Below are positions 24,405-33,879 of a DNA stretch of 55,438 nucleotides, one piece after another (positions within the stretch are counted from its first letter, which is position 1; each line of letters opens with the position of its first letter). The translations under genes were made by a program, and so were the position numbers. The DNA comes from a virus (Duplodnaviria > Caudoviricetes). The stretch is taken from IMG/VR virus record IMGVR_UViG_3300025658_000218, positions 1 to 55,438 of that record. One strand, given 5' to 3'. Below the pieces are notes generated by a model, which had not been told where the DNA came from, searched no databases, and saw nothing but the letters and a program-made list of their open reading frames with translations.

Positions 24405-25544
24405 ATGCCATTACAAATTAGACGCGGTACTGACGCTGAAAGACTAGGATCTTTTACACCTGTTGAAGGTGAATTAATTTATACAACCGATACTAAAAAA
24501 CTATATGTAGGCGATGGAGCAACAGTAGGTGGTGTTGCAATCGATACAGTCGGTAGCGGCGGTGGCGGTGCATCAGTATTAGGTGATCTATCAGATGTAG
24601 TTATTGGGGCGTTAAATGCTGGCGATGTACTAAAATGGAACGGAGCACATTGGACAGGTGATACTGTCGGAGGTGTAGCTTCTCTAGATGATCTATCAGA
24701 TGTAATCATTGAGAATGCTATACCTGGTAGTATTTTACAGTATGACGGAGTACATTGGACTGTTGGAGCTGACACAACCGGCATGTCTGTGCTATCTGAC
24801 GATGATGATCCATCATTAGGTGGAAATCTTGATTTAAATTCATCTAGTATTACCGGCAATGGTAATATTAATATTACTGGTGATATTGTTTGCACTAACG
24901 AGATGACTGCTAATGTTGTAAACGGAAATTTTCACGGATCATTATTTGGTGATGTTTTTGCAGACGATAGTACAACTATACTAGTTGATGCAACTCTACA
25001 ACAATTTAATGGTAATCTTGTTGGTCCATTAGCAACAAACACAATCACCAGTAATAGTACTTTGGATATAGACGTATCTGGTTCACTTAATCTAAATGTA
25101 AGTGCTGATGTTTTTATAAAAAGAGAAGGTAATTCAGTACTATATTGTGTGAATAATCAGCCAACACAAGATCTATCCGCACCTGGTGTTTTTCACGGCA
25201 TTATTGGTGTTAAAACTATAGACGTAAACGGTGAAAACACAAGCGTAATACTAGGGGCCGGTAGTGACGGTTTCAGTATTAGTAAGACAGATGCAGCTTA
25301 TGCATTGCCTAACAGTAATAAATTGTTTATAGGCACTGATGGAAAATTTGGCTTTGGAACAATTACACCTACTGAAAAATTTGATTTTGACGGTAACACA
25401 AAAGTTAGTGGATTTGTACAATTTGGTTCATTAACAACAACAGAACGTAATGCTCTTACCGCAGCTAACGGAATGGTTATTTACAATTCAACAGATAACA
25501 AATTCCAAGGCTACGAAAACGGTGCGTGGGTAAACTTAGTTTAA
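24405..25544 (+). CDS. virion fibre/tail-associated structural protein
   Basis: N-terminal LQIRRGT...P.EGELIYTTDTKKLYVGDG (Mtd/hyaluronidase N-like), two L.DLSDV.I....G..L...G.HWT repeats, P.LGGNLDLN, C-terminal TTTERNAL...NGMVIYNST..KFQGY. Confidence 0.75.
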   Translation: MPLQIRRGTDAERLGSFTPVEGELIYTTDTKKLYVGDGATVGGVAIDTVGSGGGGASVLGDLSDVVIGALNAGDVLKWNGAHWTGDTVGGVASLDDLSDVIIENAIPGSILQYDGVHWTVGADTTGMSVLSDDDDPSLGGNLDLNSSSITGNGNINITGDIVCTNEMTANVVNGNFHGSLFGDVFADDSTTILVDATLQQFNGNLVGPLATNTITSNSTLDIDVSGSLNLNVSADVFIKREGNSVLYCVNNQPTQDLSAPGVFHGIIGVKTIDVNGENTSVILGAGSDGFSISKTDAAYALPNSNKLFIGTDGKFGFGTITPTEKFDFDGNTKVSGFVQFGSLTTTERNALTAANGMVIYNSTDNKFQGYENGAWVNLV

Positions 25545-26141
25545 TCTATTTACACAATAAACAAGATGTATACGGCTATCGATACTAGCGTTCACAGCAG
25601 TATGCCATTTCCTAGTATCTACAAAATAAGCATTTTCAACTTCAAACCAATAACATGTTTTCTCTAATACCATAAATGTTTTTTCATTTACTTTAATAGG
25701 TATGTGAATTCTAGGTGATTCATCATAATGATAAGTCATGCTAAATTTAGGCGGTAAACTTAATATACGTCCTCTAACACCACCGTACTGTTCTTTTACA
25801 AGTTCATTTACTTCTTCAATTATAGTGTCTTTAAATAAATTACAAGTTTCTGCAAACTGTTCTTGTGTCAAACGCTGATCTTGAGGTTTTTTTGGTGGTG
25901 GTTTGCCTGAATTTTGATCCCAATTACTCCAGTCGTATAATAAACTATTAGTGCTTTCTTTGAGCTGAAATTCAGAATCTGTATTATCTATTCTGCATTG
26001 TGTTGCAATTTGATATGACCAGGACATTGGATCTTCCATGCGCTGTTTACTGACAGTTGTTACTTCATGTATTAGTTTATTATAATCTATATCTAATTCT
26101 ATTTTTTTAAACATTTTATTTTCAACAACTTTCTTAAACAT
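25536..26141 (-). CDS. Fe(II)/2OG oxygenase, Asp/Asn beta-hydroxylase-like
   Basis: HYD...RIHIPI, DT...HTAVNAS...RIHLV. Confidence 0.75.
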   Translation of the reverse strand: MFKKVVENKMFKKIELDIDYNKLIHEVTTVSKQRMEDPMSWSYQIATQCRIDNTDSEFQLKESTNSLLYDWSNWDQNSGKPPPKKPQDQRLTQEQFAETCNLFKDTIIEEVNELVKEQYGGVRGRILSLPPKFSMTYHYDESPRIHIPIKVNEKTFMVLEKTCYWFEVENAYFVDTRKWHTAVNASIDSRIHLVYCVNRLN

Positions 26142-26171
26142 ACTTAGTGCAATAAAACTGTGAGAACAGTT

Positions 26172-27809
26172 TTAATTTTCTTTTTTATAAATATTTAGCA
26201 TTGCATGTATATCAGTTGCTATCTGATATTTCATTAAAAACTTTTTTACGTTGTTATCGTCCATAAAATATGTTTCTAAATCATACCATGCACCGGTTTC
26301 TTCTTCACAAATTCCATATATTCCTTCTTTAAGTATTTGAACCGTAACACGTTTAGCTTCTATACTTAAACTCGGTATTATTAAATTTTCAATGATACTA
26401 AAAGGAAAAGTCTTATCTTTTATTTTAAATGCTCCATACATTCTTGCCACTAATTTAGTAAATATGATGTCTTCAAAATCCATAAAATTATTTTTTATAA
26501 CAAATGTAGAATTTGTCCAACCTGCATCACCGTTTTTTTCTGACGTATGTATATCTTCTATGCTGTTAAAAGTTTGTATAACACTAGTAAACTTTTTAAA
26601 TTCTATTTGATATTTTCTTTGATATTCTTCATCGTATGCAGGTGAGTTAGGTAAAACTTCCCATAAATGTGCAAATACTAGCTGTATGCTTACTTTTTCA
26701 AATTCATAAAATTGATTTATTAAGTTTTGTCTTTTTTGATTAGGTAATCCTAATATAATTTCGCCTATAATAACTGCTTTTGGAAATTCTTCCACAAAAT
26801 CTAAAATATAAGATTTATGTTCGATCCAGGGTATTTCGGGTCGTTCGATTGCATTTAGGACATCTTCGTCTAAATCTTGAAAACTTAATTTCAGCCATTG
26901 ATTCGGGTTTGACTTTTTTTCATTTTCTCTAAAGATAATTCTAGACATTTCAAAAGCTCTATCTTTTTGTAACTTAGCAAGATTTAGTATATAAAAATTT
27001 CCTCTTTCTGCTGCATATTGAGTAATTTCTATATCTTCTTTAAAAATACCCCAATTAGCATCAGATGGTGTAATACTCATATTTAGAGAAAAAAGAAAGT
27101 CTATTTCTGATTTCCAATCAGATTTAGATCTAGTGACCTTATGATGTAATCCACTGCTCCAATCACAGAAGCTACACTTGTAGGGACATCCTCTTGCTCT
27201 TTCCCAATGGATAACTACTTCAAGTTCCTTTTTATAGAAATATTCCACATCTTCTTTTATATCTTTTTTACAACTAAGAATAGCACTAGTATTTTGATAA
27301 TTTAGATCTTTAAATACTCTGAATGGATATTTTTTTTCTTTAGTTACTATATTTACAGCTTGGTCATCTTTTAATTGTCGATTTTCAACAATGCTATCTA
27401 TTATTTCTGAAAATGCTTCTTCTCCGTCGCCGTACACTACATAATCTATAAAAGAATGTTCAATAAAAAAATTTTCGTCTTTATGCGCCCATAAGTTTGG
27501 GCCTCCTGCAATTATTTTAATATGCGGAAATTTACGTTTAACTATTTTTGCAACCATCATAGTCTTATCATGATTCCATGAGAAAAAACTTAAACATAAA
27601 ACATTTATATTTTCCTGTGCAACTTGATCGACTATTTCATTAACACTAATCCAAGGATCTAAAATGCGCGGCAACCAATTGACTTTTTTAAAATGATTTC
27701 CTTTGAATTCATAATAAGATTTCAAATGATAAAAATTTGGGTTAATTCGCATCATTTTATCTGATCCGTTTACAATTATCCCTATATTTACAAATTTTAA
27801 ATTTATCAT
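26172..27809 (-). CDS. cobalamin-binding radical SAM protein
   Basis: N-terminal B12 domain (LSFFSWN, IIAGGP, DYVVYGDGEEAF), RGCPYKCSFCDW, DANWG, EIILGLPNQ. Confidence 0.88.
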   Translation of the reverse strand: MINLKFVNIGIIVNGSDKMMRINPNFYHLKSYYEFKGNHFKKVNWLPRILDPWISVNEIVDQVAQENINVLCLSFFSWNHDKTMMVAKIVKRKFPHIKIIAGGPNLWAHKDENFFIEHSFIDYVVYGDGEEAFSEIIDSIVENRQLKDDQAVNIVTKEKKYPFRVFKDLNYQNTSAILSCKKDIKEDVEYFYKKELEVVIHWERARGCPYKCSFCDWSSGLHHKVTRSKSDWKSEIDFLFSLNMSITPSDANWGIFKEDIEITQYAAERGNFYILNLAKLQKDRAFEMSRIIFRENEKKSNPNQWLKLSFQDLDEDVLNAIERPEIPWIEHKSYILDFVEEFPKAVIIGEIILGLPNQKRQNLINQFYEFEKVSIQLVFAHLWEVLPNSPAYDEEYQRKYQIEFKKFTSVIQTFNSIEDIHTSEKNGDAGWTNSTFVIKNNFMDFEDIIFTKLVARMYGAFKIKDKTFPFSIIENLIIPSLSIEAKRVTVQILKEGIYGICEEETGAWYDLETYFMDDNNVKKFLMKYQIATDIHAMLNIYKKEN

Positions 27810-27814
27810 TAAAT

Positions 27815-28489
27815 TTATCTCATTTCTGATTTTATAATATCATAACTATCTATATTTAATGCTAAGAAAAATTGATAAACTTCATTTCCGATACATTCTG
27901 CATCATGTAAAGTGCTTGTTTCAATTAAATATAATCTTCCAGGTTCGGCAGTATGTGCTACTTCTATCATTTCTCCATCACGCTGTACACGCAATGATAC
28001 ACTCGCTGGATCATTAGTTCCCCATAGTCGTAAATTTACAGTAGGCACTAATACATCATAATGCGGAAGAAAATTAGCAGCTTTTTTCCAATATAATATA
28101 CAACTGCGACACATATAATCTTTTATAATGTTTAACTCATTAAAGCAACTATGATCTAATATTTCAGTAGTCACAGTAAAATCATTTTCTAATAAAGGAT
28201 TTTCTGGATTAGCTTTATTATATTGATCTAACGGACCTATACTTATATCATCTATATCATCGTATTTTCCATGTAAATTTACAAGAGGTAATCCTAACCT
28301 TATATCATTTAACTCAGGCCTATTATTTCCCCATGACTTAAAGTAATCTTTATACTGATGCATACACAAATTAAATTGATCTATATCAATTGTAAGTTTT
28401 GTAGGTGTCAAAAAATTTCTATGTATCGACCAATAGTCATCTGCTTCTAGTTTTCGGTACGAGTAATACTTTTCCATTGCTTTAGACAT
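27815..28489 (-). CDS. putative Fe(II)/2OG oxygenase (cupin fold)
   Basis: FLPHYD, LRLWG, GRLYLIETSTLHDA. Confidence 0.55.
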   Translation of the reverse strand: MSKAMEKYYSYRKLEADDYWSIHRNFLTPTKLTIDIDQFNLCMHQYKDYFKSWGNNRPELNDIRLGLPLVNLHGKYDDIDDISIGPLDQYNKANPENPLLENDFTVTTEILDHSCFNELNIIKDYMCRSCILYWKKAANFLPHYDVLVPTVNLRLWGTNDPASVSLRVQRDGEMIEVAHTAEPGRLYLIETSTLHDAECIGNEVYQFFLALNIDSYDIIKSEMR

Positions 28490-28946
28490 TATACAACTCC
28501 TTTACAATATTCCAAAATTCGTGTTCTTTGTCTTGTATATCTTCCCAATTATAAGAAAAGGGAATTTGTAAATTTAATCTAGTACATTCATTGTTGTAAA
28601 CTGCATGATAAGACTGCGTGTTAACAATAACTGTAGTATTTACATTGCCATTTTGTGTTACTATAGGTGAATAGTTATCAGTAAGAGGATGTATAATTAA
28701 TACATTTCTTCCTAAGTTTTTGCCATCTGTATGCATTTCTTGTTCTGCGTGTGGTAGCATTTTCATAATCCATGCACGATCAAAATTGCGGAACGTTACA
28801 GGCAAAAAATTTAACGGACTTAGTTTTCCACTTTTAGTGCTCCTATGTTGAATAAAATCATCTGACTCACTTAAAGACAATAAGCTTTCACGTTCTTCTG
28901 TAGTTACAAAGTCAGCAATTTTAAGATAAGAGCTATTAAATGTCAT
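28482..28946 (-). CDS. putative Fe(II)/2OG oxygenase (cupin fold)
   Basis: Start moved to MTFNSS at 28946; MHTD, NTQSYHAVYN...RLNLQ. Confidence 0.55.
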   Translation of the reverse strand: MTFNSSYLKIADFVTTEERESLLSLSESDDFIQHRSTKSGKLSPLNFLPVTFRNFDRAWIMKMLPHAEQEMHTDGKNLGRNVLIIHPLTDNYSPIVTQNGNVNTTVIVNTQSYHAVYNNECTRLNLQIPFSYNWEDIQDKEHEFWNIVKELYNV

Positions 28947-29913
28947 GGTACCAAAATGCTCCTCGCCACAATTCACGAGATTGATCATTACCGTTTTCGT
29001 CTTTTGGGAATACACTTCTTTTATGCAACCCTTGTGTATTGTCAAACAAAACAATATCTCCGTGTTCCCATTTAACTTCTGCACTTGTTTTTAAGAAATG
29101 ATCTTTTAAGAAGTTAAACAAATCTTGCCATTCATCTTCTGGAATATCATGAAATCCTACAACATTTGAAAACGGAAAATAAAGACCTTTAATACCAGTT
29201 AGTCTATGTCTATGTACAAGACGCTTGTAAATCATATTCCAACGAGCGCCCAGCTCTGAATACTTTTCAACTTTTTCCATCATTTCACGTTCGATTGTAC
29301 TTCCTGCAGAACGTGTTCTATCTTGTATTTTCCACAATTCAGCAATTTCTTCCATAGGAACTTCTGTCCAAACACGTTCGTTATCAAGTATACGAGGCTT
29401 AATACTACGCTTTACAAAGTGTGGGTTTTTAAGTTTGTGAAAGCTACGTGTATCTGCTGTTAAGATAAGTTCTGTATTTTCAATTTTATCTTTTACATCT
29501 TGTGGTAAACTGTTGTATGCAGCAACACCATTTGTAAAGTGCGTGTTACACGGATCTTTTGTAGGCTCTTCACAGTACAATACAACACAATCTTCTGGAT
29601 CTAATGTTAGTGTTCCGTTTTGGTGCCAATTAAGTTCGCCTCTACTAAACACACCTGGCTTGTCACCGTCATCTCCACACATCAGTTTATTAGTAACATA
29701 CATTACTTCGTGATGATCCTTATCCTCAAACCAAACATCTCTTTTTGGATTTACACCGAAGCACTGCATCATTCTGGCATAGTCTGCTTTTGTTAGTTCT
29801 TGTCCTTTAATAAGAACATTAACACGATGAGCTGCTAGTACTGCAATTTGTTTAACTTGTGTATCTGATAAACGTTTGATATCATCTACTTGTATTTCTG
29901 TAATTGTTTCCAT
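28936..29913 (-). CDS. TauD/TfdA-family dioxygenase with a non-canonical HQN motif
   Basis: LNWHQNG, VVLYC, T.FTN..AAY..LP, H..TG..GLYF, WEHGDIVLFDN..GLHKR, RELWR. Confidence 0.8.
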   Translation of the reverse strand: METITEIQVDDIKRLSDTQVKQIAVLAAHRVNVLIKGQELTKADYARMMQCFGVNPKRDVWFEDKDHHEVMYVTNKLMCGDDGDKPGVFSRGELNWHQNGTLTLDPEDCVVLYCEEPTKDPCNTHFTNGVAAYNSLPQDVKDKIENTELILTADTRSFHKLKNPHFVKRSIKPRILDNERVWTEVPMEEIAELWKIQDRTRSAGSTIEREMMEKVEKYSELGARWNMIYKRLVHRHRLTGIKGLYFPFSNVVGFHDIPEDEWQDLFNFLKDHFLKTSAEVKWEHGDIVLFDNTQGLHKRSVFPKDENGNDQSRELWRGAFWYHDI

Positions 29914-29914
29914 A

Positions 29915-30475
29915 TTAGACTTCCTCTAAGTATAAGTTTTTGTGCCAAAATATCCAATGCTCGCAATCTGCTCCATTGCATACTTTGTATTTTTTGTCAG
30001 GATCAAACTGCCATCCTTTTACACCACACAATACTTCAAGTCCGCAAAACATACGTTTAAACACTTTTAGGGCTTTATCATGCTGTGAAATAAAAGCACC
30101 TGAATATCCCATATCGTATGCTACTGCAATTTGTTGTTCAATCATTTGAATAGTATGATCTCTCCAAATGTATTTTAATGGCATTTCGGAGTTTCTTAAT
30201 CCTTTTGTTTTTATCGGCGAGTAGTAAAATCTACTAATTACTCTAACACTATCTTTGTATATAGGTCTGTGCATAATACAACTATAACCAAAGGGCTCGC
30301 CATTTCTTTCGGCAATGCTTACTGCTTGTGTTGTATCTAATGCTATTTTATCTTTACTATAGTTTGCTGGCATTCTATTGTTCGGATCAGTTTGCGCTTT
30401 TTCTAGTAAAAAATCTATTTTTTCCAAGACTTCAGGTCTGTCTCTAAAGTCTTGCCATGTATTAACTGTTATCAT
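29915..30475 (-). CDS. putative GNAT/acyltransferase-fold protein
   Basis: GEPFGYSCI...VRVISRFY, MIEQQIAVA...GY..AFIS, resembling acyl-transferase folds. Confidence 0.45.
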   Translation of the reverse strand: MITVNTWQDFRDRPEVLEKIDFLLEKAQTDPNNRMPANYSKDKIALDTTQAVSIAERNGEPFGYSCIMHRPIYKDSVRVISRFYYSPIKTKGLRNSEMPLKYIWRDHTIQMIEQQIAVAYDMGYSGAFISQHDKALKVFKRMFCGLEVLCGVKGWQFDPDKKYKVCNGADCEHWIFWHKNLYLEEV

Positions 30476-30482
30476 TTTTCAC

Positions 30483-31112
30483 CTAGTGTTTATGGTGGTC
30501 TGCATGTTTCCAAGCAGGTCCGTGTGTGAATATTAACTCTGGTGCATTGCGTGGTTCACCGTTTAAATGTCCTAAAACGTTTGTAATGCCAGCAATATGA
30601 AATGTTGTTGCTACAAACAAACTAATACCAAAACAAACAAACACAGGATTTATAATAACAAGTACTGCAATACTAGTAAGTTGAAAATATAACCAATACT
30701 TGTGCATAAATCTTTGAAATCTACTTTTTGCGATATCTCTAAACAGTTTAGGACTTATCTTTTGTTTTTTCCAACGTAAAACATACACGTTAAACTTTCC
30801 TATGTGTGTAGGCGAATGTGGATCTTTTTCTGTATCAGCATATTGATGATGCTGTCTATGACTAGCAACAAAACTTAATACACTACCAAGACCTGTAAAC
30901 ATAACTATAAATGTTAAAATATAATTAAGTACACTGTCTTGGTATGTTGAATGAGCAAAGTGGTAATGCATAATTTTACCGCCAACTATACCTCCCCATA
31001 CAATTGCAGTAAACACCAAAACAAATGCCCACAGAGGATCAAATCCATATGCAAAGATGCCTAGTGCAATTAGTAAATGATGTAATAGTATTAAGAATTG
31101 ATTACTGCTCAT
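30483..31112 (-). CDS. membrane fatty-acid desaturase family protein
   Basis: His boxes HYHFAH, HRQHH.YADTEKDPHSP, HADHH; transmembrane segments. Confidence 0.8.
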   Translation of the reverse strand: MSSNQFLILLHHLLIALGIFAYGFDPLWAFVLVFTAIVWGGIVGGKIMHYHFAHSTYQDSVLNYILTFIVMFTGLGSVLSFVASHRQHHQYADTEKDPHSPTHIGKFNVYVLRWKKQKISPKLFRDIAKSRFQRFMHKYWLYFQLTSIAVLVIINPVFVCFGISLFVATTFHIAGITNVLGHLNGEPRNAPELIFTHGPAWKHADHHKH

Positions 31113-31837
31113 GCTAATACCTTTTTGTTTAATGCAAATCTTAAATGACGTCTATCTATGTCAGGTGGAGTAAAGTCTCGCTTGTGTGCAACTTTATAGT
31201 TATTGTAAACTACCAAATCGTTAGGCTCCCAGTCATGCTTAAACACATACTTATCTTGGTAACTTAACTGTTTAAGTTCCTGTTCATGTTCAGTAAGTGT
31301 ATATGCTTCACTATAAAAATAATATTTGCCGTATTGATCTTCTTGTACAAGTTTGTGATTAGCTCGTGCTTTGGCACGATATGCTCTTTCCCAAACTTTA
31401 TTTCTAAATGTATGCGGGTAGTCGGCTTGTTTAAAATATTTTGCAACTTCATTGACTGCTACAACAGCTTCGCAAGCATCTTTAAGTTCTTGTGAGCTGT
31501 CTTTGTATACTTGTTGCATATCACAGAAATAAGTTGCACTAGAACCTTCGTCTGCGGCAATACAGTACAATCCTACAAATGGATGTACGTTTTCATTATA
31601 CGCACGATCCTGGTGCCAAAGCATTTCTGTTGTACTCCAGACATGATCTTCCTCTTTGTTTTTTGTTCCGATCGGAATAACTTTGCTCTTATATAGGTCT
31701 TGCGGGAGAAGCTCACCGAAAAATTCAATATCATCTTGTTTAGCATTTTTAATTACTAGGACACCTACTGCACCGTTGTATAAATCTTCTACATCATTAG
31801 TATCAAAGCTATTTTTTTCAACTACAAAATTATACAT
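31109..31837 (-). CDS. TauD/TfdA-family dioxygenase
   Basis: WHQD, GLYC, T.FCDM, H.WEPNDLVVYNN..VAHKR, R.LR. Confidence 0.85.
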   Translation of the reverse strand: MYNFVVEKNSFDTNDVEDLYNGAVGVLVIKNAKQDDIEFFGELLPQDLYKSKVIPIGTKNKEEDHVWSTTEMLWHQDRAYNENVHPFVGLYCIAADEGSSATYFCDMQQVYKDSSQELKDACEAVVAVNEVAKYFKQADYPHTFRNKVWERAYRAKARANHKLVQEDQYGKYYFYSEAYTLTEHEQELKQLSYQDKYVFKHDWEPNDLVVYNNYKVAHKRDFTPPDIDRRHLRFALNKKVLA

Positions 31838-32486
31838 TCTTTACCTTTATCAGTTTAATAATCCATGCCCCCGGATCCCATTGCCACCATGTTTTTCCTA
31901 TACGCCAGTCTTTACTATTTTCATGATGATTAACATGCCACCCTTCTCCTCCTGTAAAAATATTAGCTATCCAACTATTTCTAACTACGCCGTTCTTATG
32001 ACACATTGCATTTATAAGTCCAAAACCAAGATATCCATATAAAACAGGAGTAATAAAAATAATAATAAACCATTCTATCGGTAATAGGATTAGACCTACT
32101 AAAAAACTGCCTAATCTAATTTTATTATGATGACGATAAAAAAACATAACTCGTTTATTTCTTAATAAATCTCTAACAAATTTGCGTGGTATATATGGCA
32201 CTTTAAATGTAGACAAAAAAACTTTCCAAAATCCTTTATATTTAGGACTATGAGGATCTTCTTCAGTATCACTAAAGGCATGATGCATCCTATGAACTCC
32301 GGCCCAACCTAATACATGACCAGATCCTGACAATGGACCTAATAATAGCACAATGTATTCATACCAAACTGGAGCAGTATATGACTGATGAGTAAAATAT
32401 CTATGATATCCTGCACTGATTGCTACTGAAGAAAGAATTTGCCACCAAATAAAGCTTATAGTAATATAAAAAATAATTTCATTCAT
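31830..32486 (-). CDS. delta-9-like acyl-lipid/acyl-CoA desaturase
   Basis: GYHRYFTH, WAGVHRMHHAFSDTEEDPHSP, INAMCH, GEGWHVNHH, WDPG; start moved to 32486. Confidence 0.9.
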   Translation of the reverse strand: MNEIIFYITISFIWWQILSSVAISAGYHRYFTHQSYTAPVWYEYIVLLLGPLSGSGHVLGWAGVHRMHHAFSDTEEDPHSPKYKGFWKVFLSTFKVPYIPRKFVRDLLRNKRVMFFYRHHNKIRLGSFLVGLILLPIEWFIIIFITPVLYGYLGFGLINAMCHKNGVVRNSWIANIFTGGEGWHVNHHENSKDWRIGKTWWQWDPGAWIIKLIKVKNV

Positions 32487-33091
32487 TTCTTTATCATCAG
32501 AGTAACAAATCCCCAATCTCCGTCTATAATTTCTATAGTTTTGAAACCTATGGTATTTAGTAACAAAATATAGTCTGTTAAAGAAAGAAGATACATAACC
32601 CCTATTAAGCTTCTTTCTTTATTTTCTATTTGCTGTTTTGAAAGCCCATTACTTATCTTAAAATTATGATAAAATTTCCTTATAACTAGATCTGTAGAAA
32701 CCTTTTCACTTAAAATTAATGTGCTAGAACTACTCATACTATTATAAAATTTAGTTAAAATATTACTTTTATCTTTAATAAAGTGTAGAACCCAGTTAGC
32801 TATGATAATGTCAAATTTAATATCTGGTAACTCATTGTAATAAGTGGCTATATTAGAATCTGATATGTCAATCATTTCTTGGATAGGTTCCACTCCATGC
32901 AAATTATTATACCCAAGATTAGATAAAATTTTTAATGTCTGTCCATTGGCACTTCCAAAGTCAACAATATCTGAATTATAGGGATATAAGCTACAAATAC
33001 TTAAAGTTTTTTGTATGACCTTTGAGTAGTTAGGAATATGGTCGTTGACATGTTTATCATACTCCTTAGCTATATCCTTAAACTTAAACAT
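32483..33091 (-). CDS. class I SAM-dependent methyltransferase, CmoA-like
   Basis: F..IAKEYD.HV..HIPNY, DFGSANG, NWVLHFI, LILSEK, K...G.S...I..K..SL.GVM; start at 33091. Confidence 0.75.
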   Translation of the reverse strand: MFKFKDIAKEYDKHVNDHIPNYSKVIQKTLSICSLYPYNSDIVDFGSANGQTLKILSNLGYNNLHGVEPIQEMIDISDSNIATYYNELPDIKFDIIIANWVLHFIKDKSNILTKFYNSMSSSSTLILSEKVSTDLVIRKFYHNFKISNGLSKQQIENKERSLIGVMYLLSLTDYILLLNTIGFKTIEIIDGDWGFVTLMIKK

Positions 33092-33096
33092 AGTTG

Positions 33097-33125
33097 AGTA
33101 TAACACAATTATGTAAACCTGTCAA
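33097..33125 (-). promoter_or_regulatory. sigma70 promoter, probable leaderless transcript
   Basis: Minus strand TTGACA-17 bp-TATACT, then 5 nt to the ATG at 33091. Confidence 0.65.
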
Positions 33126-33879
33126 CCTTTTCAAATACCAAACGCACACACCCGTCGAATGAAATTGAATCTAAAGGATCTAATTCGCAATCAAAGCATA
33201 AGATTTTATAGGGAAAATTATTTTGTAAATCTTGTAATAATAATTTTGATAATTTATCAGAATCATATTTTGATACATTATTATCTTTAAACCATTTATC
33301 AGAAGTATATTGTAAAAAACCTAACTTATTAATAGAAACAAATGCACGGCCGCCTGGTGAAATGATTTGTGCAAAATATGTTAAATGCTCTATATAATTT
33401 TCAAATGTTGTCGGAATACAAGGCAACGGATCGGAATTTTTTGATTCTTTTAAACCTAAAAAAGTATTTACTGACATAGCAGAAGAAAATTTTTCACGAT
33501 TATTTTCTACAAATCTATCGTTAAATTTATCTTTTACATCAGCATAGTCTCCCTCAAAATCAATACCAACAATATTAGGATAGTATCTTTTCCATATATT
33601 CCAGCCGCAACCGATATCGTGTATATAGTCTGGTGATTTATCTAATAAAAATTGCAAGTAATAAAGAGTAGTAATGCTGATCGAAGTTTTTCCCTCTACA
33701 GTATAAGACCGTTTTCCGTAAATTTCTCTAAAAGTTAACCCTGTCCTTTTCTTAAAATCTAGTGACGGTTGTATTCCTTTTTGACAAGTTATAATGTCAA
33801 AGTCTTTCTGTATTTGTTGGTATATTAAAGTTTTAGAAAAATTTAACAAAAACTGTTTATAGTCAATACCGTTTAACAT
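33109..33879 (-). CDS. putative SAM-dependent methyltransferase-like protein
   Basis: IHDIGCGWN, IVGID, IISPGGRAFVSIN. Confidence 0.55.
   Translation of the reverse strand: MLNGIDYKQFLLNFSKTLIYQQIQKDFDIITCQKGIQPSLDFKKRTGLTFREIYGKRSYTVEGKTSISITTLYYLQFLLDKSPDYIHDIGCGWNIWKRYYPNIVGIDFEGDYADVKDKFNDRFVENNREKFSSAMSVNTFLGLKESKNSDPLPCIPTTFENYIEHLTYFAQIISPGGRAFVSINKLGFLQYTSDKWFKDNNVSKYDSDKLSKLLLQDLQNNFPYKILCFDCELDPLDSISFDGCVRLVFEKVDRFT

Noticed and set aside
24405-25544. Diversity-generating retroelement target (Mtd-like N-terminus)
   Set aside because: No reverse transcriptase, template/variable repeat pair or C-type lectin end is seen in the window.
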